A stretch of DNA of 62,730 nt, counting the filler, from Babesia bigemina (Eukaryota), in NCBI RefSeq assembly GCF_000981445.1. It is 10 parts of 10 records of this genome, joined end to end, with 100 filler letters (N's around TTAATTAATTAA, not from the genome) between each part and the next. Parts side by side here need not be neighbours in the genome. Positions count along the whole stretch, not along the records: positions 57,889 to 62,730 come from NW_012237134.1; 9 more parts are not named here. The stretch is one strand, 5' to 3'. Numbering within the stretch: the first letter of the stretch is position 1; every line of letters starts with the position of its first letter. Shown piece after piece: positions 62,730 through 62,730 of the stretch. Below the pieces are notes generated by a model that had not been told where the DNA came from, made no database searches, and saw nothing but the letters and a program-made list of their open reading frames with translations. Both the position numbers and the translations under genes were made by a program.

Positions 62730-62730
62730 T

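Overview
This window is eukaryotic, most likely from a Babesia species (B. bigemina-like; an inference from the protein families). It is a concatenation of 10 contigs joined by nine artificial 100-nt N44-TTAATTAATTAA-N44 spacers, so adjacency across spacers means nothing. Almost all of it is one repeating, same-strand 'super-unit' of variant-antigen DNA, in this order: 22-bp telomere-like satellite; degenerate leader; large ves1-family (VESA1-like) gene; conserved 3' element; 24-bp repeat; conserved ~480-bp unique element; 75-bp repeat whose units each contain a 34-35-nt GT-AG intron-like segment; small Cys-rich single-TM gene; 0-2 orphan TM/tail cassettes; 12-bp repeat; 20-bp repeat; then the next satellite. 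I count 11 ves1 genes or fragments, 7 small Cys-rich genes (one partial) and 6 orphan tail cassettes. The strongest candidate for an undescribed system is the small-gene locus. Two alternative membrane-anchor/cytoplasmic tails (type A ...FRFPVGRNIRDFLVRKIPFCIAFYS, type B ...YFRIRPFHRVRYLLRS) are interchanged between genes, and spare tails sit downstream at a fixed junction, like the orphan C-terminal modules of Rhs/CDI loci. ves1 copies show mosaic gene-conversion tracts and shared degenerate 5' ends. No database search could be run, and repeat boundaries are approximate.
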